This document shows, one piece after another, positions 54,963 through 64,000 of a stretch of DNA of 64,000 nucleotides. The notes under the pieces were generated by a model. That model was given only the letters and a program-made list of their open reading frames with translations. It did no database searches and was not told the DNA's origin. The position numbers were made by a program, and so were the translations under genes. Every line of letters begins with the position of its first letter. Positions within the stretch are counted from its first letter, which is position 1. Source of the DNA: Eledone cirrhosa (lineage: Eukaryota); assembly GCA_964016885.1 (NCBI GenBank), contig OZ024742.1:208568001-208632000 (forward strand), written 5' to 3'.

Positions 54963-56032
<1,070 letters not shown>

Positions 56033-56225
56033 ATCAAAAGATGGTTAAATAAGTTCCATGTATTTTATTATGCGCATAATAAAATACATGGAACTCATTT
56101 CACCATCTCTTGATCTTATATATTATGTATACTCCAGTCCTACAAACTGTAGAGTGCTTCTTATCCGATATCTGCATTGCTTTATTGTACTACAATAAAA
56201 CTCACCTCCTCCATATATATATATA

Positions 56226-56432
56226 TAGGAACCAGTAAGACCCCAACGGCTGAGCTCAAGCCGTTTCGACGGCTAATTCTGGACTAATTTTTTTTAGTCC
56301 AGAACTAGCCGTCGAAACGGCTTGAGCTCATCCGTCGGGGTCTTACTGGTTCCTATTACCCACTCTACTACCCTAAGTATTGAGTACTTTGGTGCGTTAT
56401 GGTCCACCTGGTTCCTTACCACATTTCCTTCG

Positions 56433-56434
<2 letters not shown>
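56226..56434 (+). repeat. Fold-back (~60-bp arms) plus tail; dispersed family
   Basis: taggaaccagtaagacccc..tctggacta / tagtccaga..ggggtcttactggttccta; relatives at 16839-16950, 21110-21211, 44249-44400. Confidence 0.75.
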
Positions 56435-56482
<48 letters not shown>

Positions 56483-56647
56483 ATATGTGTGTATATATAT
56501 AGTGAGAGAGAGAGAGATTTATGGTACACATTTACGTGTGATGTATTGAAGCAGATAACTTTGTGTCTACTCTGGGAATGTTATATAACATTATTTTTGA
56601 GTGCGCTGAGACGCAACCGGTACTAGCAGTGAAACTTCTGCTAGTCC

Positions 56648-57500
56648 CCATGGTCAACTTCCAGAAATCCCTTGCCTGGCAGTGCTACCGAGAACCTTTG
56701 CCAGTTCGGGATAAACTCTACAGGCATAGAAGTGCCGTCAGGCGGGCCTGTCGGAGCCCTGCACGCACTCGTCCAGTGCCCGAGCATTGCTGACTTGTGG
56801 GATTATATCGAACACCTACTGTCAAGTGTAGGACGGATCCGACTATCAGTTGAGTTCATTGTGAGGATTGCCCAGCAGCCTTCATTTAGCCGGGAAGGCT
56901 AAATATTACCTGCCTGGTGGCCATGATGAAGGAGATAATGAGGTGGACACGTTTGAAAGGGTTGAAGACGAGCCCTTACTTCTTCGGTGATGCCCTGATT
57001 AACTTTTTTATATTTCATTTGAAAAGGAAAATCAGGCAGGAGAGGGAAGTGCTCTCTTCCCAGCATTTTGGGGAAAGATGTGTGAGAGAGGCAAGCATGG
57101 CCCGAGTGATGGGGCCTGCTCTGAGTATGCGGCTGTAAAGGTGGAAAACTGGGAGAGGTCACTTGCCCTGGTGTCAGGGTCACCGTAGTATTTTTTTTTA
57201 ATGGGTTTTCTCCACGAGTGTCCCTTGGAAGTCTCCTCCCTATTGGGGAAATTTTCTTTGTTTTTTTTTTTGTCATTTTCTTTGTTTTTTCTTTCCGCAC
57301 AGAAATGCCCATTTTTACCGTCCTGTACCGTCCTGTGCTGCCCTTAATACTTTATGTCAATACTTGCCTCTCTCATACAACTTTCCACAAATTGCTGGGA
57401 AGAGAGCACTTCCCTCTTCTGCCTGATTTTCCTTTTCAATACTTTATGTCAAACCTCGTGGTTAATAGAGAAAACATTATTATTATTGTTATTATTATTA
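56648..57500 (+). mobile_element. 5'-truncated L1/Tx1-like LINE 3' end
   Basis: NFQKSLAWQCYR..LPVRDKL, HALVQCP, FHLKRKIR; close match to 32100-32850 (minus); (att)n tail. Confidence 0.85.
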
Positions 57501-57718
57501 TGGATTAGCAGTATCGGTAGAGGGTCGGACGCCATGGTTTGACGTATAGAGTTACGGCCCTTGCCATTCTCAGTTCATATCCCGCCGAGGTTAACTTTGC
57601 CTTTCATCCTTTCGGGGTCGATAAAATAAAGTACCTGTCACGCACTGGGGTCGATTTAATCGACTTTCCCTTCCCCTAAAATTGCTGGCCTTGTGCCTAT
57701 ATAAGAAACCATTATTAT
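57501..57718 (+). mobile_element. SINE family A, longer variant with a gtcgatttaatcgac hairpin
   Basis: Family A head and body plus extra segment 57648-57680. Confidence 0.8.
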
Positions 57719-57719
57719 T

Positions 57720-60700
57720 GGTCTGTTCGGACGTATTTTTGCTCGCTCCCAGTAAGTCGCTTTATTTACCTGTTATAATGATTTTTTGTTAAATGTTTAT
57801 TGTTGTGTAAGCGATATAAGCCCTTCGACTTTGCCCTGTGAAGGGGAGAGTATAATAATTGTGCCTTTTGGCCCAAATATTTGAACATTTAAAAAAAAAA
57901 CATGGCTGAGCCACGCCCCCAGAAATATGCCTGCTGTCGTGTGATAACGGCGTAAAAGTTGAGAGGAGGGTTAGTGTAATTCACACAACAAACACCACCA
58001 CAAACAACGTGAACAAAGACAACAACACTGAGAACACTAATTTAAAAAAAATTACCACACCAACTACAACAATAACAGTGAAAACCAAAATACAGACAAC
58101 AGAAAAAAATGACAACAAATGCAACAACATCATTAACACAACTAACAAGAAAATAAACAACGACAACACCAACAACAACAATACAAATTGCACCCAAAAC
58201 ACGACCAACTACAAAAGTGATAACAGCAACAACACCGTTTGTAGCAGTAGCAATAGAGACTGCACCAACAACAAGACTAGTAGCAGCAGTAGCGACAGCA
58301 ATAATGGTGCCGCTGAAAAAGGGGCCACTTCTTTCGCAGGTGTGGCCCGAAATATAGAGATAGTGCCAGTCACGGAGGAGGAGATGGCAGTCGCAAAAGC
58401 CATGGTGACAAAAAAATAACAATAGAATTTCCCTGAAACCTACACCCGATTTCTTCAAAGACCAGCAACTGCGCACGGTGACTTAGCACACCGTAAGCAA
58501 AATGTCACATCGGGTGGAGAGAGCCACGGAGGTTCAAATTCAAAGGGCCTTGGGGGTGCGTCTGGGCGCGCAAAACCCACATCAACAGAGGCAAAGAGTA
58601 TACCACAGTAGACGTACATTTCGCCACCCCCAAGGGGCGAAGTCTCACTCTTTGGAAGCCCTAAAGAGTGAGGAGATAGTGTTGGTCTCTCCTACTGCTG
58701 GTAGAAAATTGTGAGGGTCAAAGTGACCCACATCCCGCCCGACGAGCCCATACCTTGGCTGGCCGCGTCTCTACTTGCTGGAATCGAGGACAGGACAACT
58801 ACACTGCAAGTACAGAGAATGGGAAGAGAGACCTGGTCAAGTATAGGCATGCACATACTAATACAAACTGACCAGGAGTGCATCGAGGCCATCCCAGACA
58901 TCATAGACCTCGAGGATGGTCTCCAGCTCCCTATACGCGTAGAAGGAAGGCGACCAGATTGTTATCTCTGTGGGCAAAAGAGTCACCTCAGAGCCTTCTG
59001 CCCGCAGAAGACAGTCAAGAAGAGGGCCCCCTCCTTCCGACGCCTGAGCCGCTGCTACCAAGAGCAGGGCAGGCAACAGAGGAAGAAGACCCTTCCATGG
59101 TGAGTAGGAGGGCAACGTCCGTGGCACCCATACCAAGGCCATGGACAACTAAAATAGCGGCAGCAATGGCGGCAACACCAACAGTCGCAGTAGCTACACC
59201 GGCAGCAAAATCGCCGGAGTGGGCTCCACTACCACCAGCAACAGCCGTGGAGCTCATACTACTCCCAGATGCCACGGAATCCGATATGGAGTATGAGGCG
59301 GGAGTGAAGTAGAAAGAGGGTTGCCACAAAACACAAAACAAAAACCACTTAGCTTCGCCCAACAAAAGCGAACAATCAAAGAAGGGTAAAGTCTGCAAGG
59401 AGATTTGCAGCAACACCACCACCATCACCATCCCCACCACAAGCATCACCACCAACAACAACCATACCACCCCCAGAATCACCAAAAACAGCAACATCGC
59501 AAACACAACAAAGCACACACACACACACAACAGCGGTAAGAAAAAGGAGGAAATAGCGCAACGGTTACAAAAGGAAGTGGATAAAGTGATCGCACGGAGT
59601 AAAGAAGTTAAACTCCCACTTAACACATCAAAATGCGAGTCAACCTTCTTTGGAACATCCAGTGCAGAAGCGAGGTGGCAACCAAATATTACTATTGACG
59701 GGATAAGACTATCCTTTAACCCTAATCCCGTCTTTTTGGGCGTCGCATATGATAGGACATTCTAAAAAAAGATCTGCCAAAAACTTCAACAGCGCCTCAA
59801 CATCATGTGCACCCTTGGGGTTACCTCCTGGGCTGGAATACTGCAGATCTTCGTCAAGTATACATTACAGTGCACCGCAGCCTGGCCGAGTACGGCTTCC
59901 CAGGCTGGGCTCCCAGGTTGTCAGCCACTAACATCGGTAAACTTGAAAGAGCACAACTAGAAGCAGCTCGAGCGATCACTGGACATGTACGCACAACACA
60001 AACTGAGGCTGTCCAACTTGAAGCACACCTTCCACCGTTGGAATGCCGCTTTCATGCTCTCATCTTGAAAGCGGATGAATGGGCAAACCTCCCCACCTCT
60101 GATCATCGAAACCAATTACTCAATGCTAACGTAAGGCGCCGACTCCGCCGTCTTGATTGGCGATGTAGACAGCTGCCAGCCCTTGATCGTCTTGGCATAC
60201 CCTCGACAACAAACACCCAACTACTACATAAGAAGCCGCCGTGGGAATTACCACCACCAATCCCTGCTACCTTTACCCCGGTGAGCAAATCAATGCCAGT
60301 AGCACCTCAACTTAAAGCGGCACTGGATGATCTATCGACACTCCCCCAGGTCGACATTTGCGTGTATACAGATGGATCAACATGCGACGGGACAACCAAT
60401 GGCGGTGCCGGTCTCGTAATCATCCAAAATGAAGAGGTAGTTCACGAGTGGCACGCTCCGACGGGCGCTCGTAGCAGTTCCTTTAATCGAAAGAATTGCA
60501 TTCAAACAAGCCCTCCTATGTTTACAGGCAGACACCAGCTGGGCGTCCTCCAATGTCATCCGTGACTGCAAGTCGCTGGTTCAAGCAGTCAACAACCCCT
60601 TCCACCATGACCCTTTCATTACCGAGCTGCAAGGGATCGTTAACAAAATCACAAAGTGGAGAACCTTAGCAGCTGTCTGGGTCCCGGGGCAAAACAAGGC

Positions 60701-63700
60701 TCAAAGCAAAATAAGGCTCAGCATCGACTCAACTGGAAAGTTCAATCGATGCTGCCACCCGACGTGCCGTCATTTGCCGGGAATTTCGCCCACCACCGAT
60801 CCAGCATCAACATCTACAATCAGTCTTTAGCCGCCACCCAAATGAAAAAAGTGAGCAAACTCTCTCCAAAGCAGATAGGAACCATCTCGTCCGCTTCCAC
60901 AGTGGACATCACACGTCATTAAGGAGATGGCTCCATATGATCGGCCAAGCGGAAATCAACACATGCCGTCTGTGCGGAGAGGAAGAAGAATCCTCCGAAC
61001 ATCTTTGGCTGAGATGTCCGGCCTTGATGGTGGATTGTTATCACCACCAACTCGGCTCCAGCATGGATGAACTCGTGCGTCTCCCACACGCCAGTCTAGC
61101 GCTACTGAGGGTAATCATAATGGCGCCTGCGGTAAGGAAAAAAAAACAAAAATAAAACAGCAACAAAACTGTCCATCCCCACAAAAAGTACACAGCCATA
61201 AACATTGCACACCAAAGACTAATGAAACATATAAAACAACCCACAGACATTACAGACTCAAATTACCACACCCACCAACACCAAGAACATTAGCAAAAAA
61301 ACATTAACATAGTGGGAATTGAACTCGAAGACTACAAACAACTAAAACAAAAATTCCCCAACGCAGTTGGGTATTTCATGGGGTCACTCTCCAATAGAAT
61401 CTATAAAAATATCGTTTTGGATACAGCCATGACCAACCGAAGGGACGGTTCTACTGTCCCTTCTCCACACGATCAAGGTAAGTGATCCTTTCACACTTAC
61501 CCCGTTCCTCATCCAACATGACCGTACTTAGAATAGGCAGTATAAATGTACGTGGCCTGGGGTCATCTGGGAAGCAGGGTCACTTGCTCAACGACCTCAG
61601 ATCACTAAACATAGATATGGTGGCCATCAGTGAGACCAGAATCTCCGAAGCACGAGCCTTTGTGCCGATCTTCGGCGGCTACTATATATACGCATCTCCC
61701 AGCCGTCCAGGATCGGGGGTAGGAGTTGCTGTGCTTTTTTGGAGAGGCTTGGATCTCGCATTACGGGCCATCTTCCTGGAAGCCAGAAGGTTAGTCGGTG
61801 GTGCTGGACGTGACCGGCAGCAAAGGCAATGATTTCAGGTCTACGCCCCCTCAGGAGCAGGACGGCCAGATTTCTTCAGACGTCTAGAGTCCTTTCTTGG
61901 AACGTTCCGCTTTTTAGTGTTAGTGGGGGACTTAGATGCACGCTGGGATCATGTGGGGCTAGTTGACAGGAAAAGAGGGTGTATAAGCCTCAACAACCTG
62001 CTCAGATGTTTTGAATTGTCTGACACGTATCGACTAGATTATCCGAATGTGCCAATGTGGAAATGGGCAAACCGCATCGGGTCATGCAGACCGTATTTAA
62101 ATAGGGTATTCTGTAAGGAAACAGATAAGGCTAGTGTAGGTTGTCCACATTTTGAAGTAGTCTATTACACGGACCACAAATTTGTGATCTGTGAAGTTGA
62201 CTTAAATAGACTCCATAGGCAAGGGCCAGGTTACTGTAAGAGGACGCGTCATTCCCGGCGCACGAAGCTTACAGAGACCGGATTAGCGAATTAGTTAAGT
62301 GTGCATTGACGGGTGGGATCGTCAACAACAGGTGGTGGTTTACCTTGAAAAAAGCTATTAAAGTATAATCGATAAGGTTTAGCACAGGAGTAGTGATAGA
62401 GGAAAATAGAGTAAAGGGGGAGTTAGTTAGAAAGCTGGAATAGATGTTTAGGACATGCATCGCAACCGACGTGCTTGCGGCGAGATTGGCACTCGACCAA
62501 TTCTTCAACGCAAAGCATGAAGGCTACTGTGTCAGAGCTAGAGCGCGTGCTCTAAGACACGAGGGGACGAAAGCCGTTCAATGTCCCCGAGTAGTGGTGT
62601 GCGGGGGAGCATTCTGAGAAAGGACTCGAAAAGTGGGACGTTATAGACAACTTCAGGCCTATAACTCTGCTAAAAGCAGAGTTTAAGATTGTGGCCAATG
62701 TGTTAGCAAAGAGATTGCCACTTGTCGTCGGTGAACTGGTGGGAGAGGCGCAGACATGCACCATTCCGGACAGATCCATCCACGACAACCTCCATCTCAT
62801 GCGATACATCATAGAGAGGGTGGTTAAGGAACCTGGTACGGGTGGGGCCCTGATCAACTTGGATCAATCTAAAGCATTTGATAGGGTCGACCATCGGTAC
62901 CTGGCTGCGGTCCTCGAGGCGGCCGTCTTCGGGCCCGTTTGTAGGGGCGACATCTGCTCGATTGTGAGGGTGAATAGTCACCTGTAGCAGTCTTTCAGCA
63001 TCATGCGCTCGGCCCGCCAGGGTTGCCCCTTCTTGTCCCTCTTGTACGTACTGGCTCTGGAACCGTTGCTGCACGAATTGGAAACGATGAGGGGTCTCAC
63101 GCAAACTGGGATGCAGGAGATCCGTGTCAGCTTATGCCGACGACGTCACCGTGGTGGTGCCGAGCAACAAACAGGTACAGATGCTCGGCACCGCTCTCAA
63201 GCAATACGAAGTGGTGACAGATGCAAAAATAAACCAGGAAAAGTCGGTGGGCTTTCAACTTGGCACCTGGAGAGGCAAGTAAGTCCATGTCGTCCGACAG
63301 CGTCATGAGGCGCTGAACCGGTTAAATTGATAGGGTTCTATTTTGGTCCAGACCTCTAGATGGAGAAAAACTGGAGCTAAGTGACGAGCAGGATGTCTCT
63401 CTCACCCAGATATGGGCTGTCTCTGAAAGGTCGGGCGGAGGTGGCGAATGCGTACATAGCGTCCGTCATCTGCTACCGCCTGACCGTCGTACCTTTCCAC
63501 CGCCCAACTCTGACCAAAATGGAGCGCCTCCTCTTCTGCTTTGTGTGGAAGGAACGCGCTCCCATGGACAGACGAATCGTTTGCTGTCAACCTCCGTTGC
63601 GTGGAGGACTAGGTATGCCGTGGCTGATGATGCGCAAACGGTGAACAGGTGTGGTCGCTCACCACCCTCTACCAACTGGGCATTTGTATCGGTAGTACAA

Positions 63701-64000
63701 CCCCCTCGGCGTTCTATAGAGGGCTAGTGGAGGGAAAGAGGGACGACGTTCTCGGGGAGACCCTAGACGTTGAAGACGATCAGCTGTTCGCTCTCTTCAA
63801 GAGAACCTTCAGACCGGCGCCTATCGACAACTTCCAGAAATCCCTGGCCTGTCAGCGCTATCGGGGAGCGTTGCCGGTTCGGGATAAGCTCTACGGAAAC
63901 GGAGGTGCTGTCAGCCGAGCCTGTCCAAGATGCGCGAAGGGCGACGAAAGCGTCCTGCACGCACTCGTTCAGTGCCCGAGGATTGCTGACTTGTGGAGCT
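57720..64000 (+). mobile_element. Decayed L1/Tx1-like LINE running off the window end, interrupted at ~59535-61155
   Basis: ORF1 CYLCGQKSHLRAFC; ORF2 from ATG 61518: GSINVRG, AISETR, LDQSKAFDRVDH, RQGCP, AYADD (63129-63143), LPVRDKL. Confidence 0.85.
59535..61155 (+). pseudogene. 5'-truncated I-group (I/Ingi-like) LINE with RNase H, nested in ORF1 of the Tx1-like element
   Basis: RT end LNTSKCE..PVFLGV; LERAQLEAARAITG; RNase H VYTDGS..NGGAG; C-terminal CRLCGEEEESSEHLWLRC; A-rich tail. Confidence 0.8.

Noticed and set aside
59533-61140. gcggtaag as TSD of the I-group insertion
   Set aside because: The 3' copy is the element's own ORF end and the 5' copy lies in RT-coding sequence; likely coincidence

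Overview
AT-rich, microsatellite-laden eukaryotic DNA; the SINE families suggest a cephalopod such as octopus, though this is not proven. I find no host gene, and most ORFs in the track are microsatellite or antisense artefacts. The window is a mosaic of retroelements: five pieces of an L1/Tx1-like LINE family, RTE LINEs (one nearly intact at 51254-54471), R4/Dong, CRE-like and I-group fragments, tRNA-derived SINEs, Helitron-like ends and two decayed Penelope-like elements (PLEs). The main signal is RNA-level. A near-identical 310-bp tandem array (48216-51222) carries a type-I hammerhead ribozyme with a palindromic mini stem III in every complete unit (9 copies). The array flips orientation at 48957-48966 to form a palindrome with ~740-bp arms, and it looks like a retrozyme-type, circRNA-forming non-autonomous element. 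About ten further intact, degenerate or half hammerheads from other sequence families lie in PLE termini and short fold-back elements, mostly next to (TA)n tracts. All ribozyme calls come from manual base-pairing; activity and novelty are untested.
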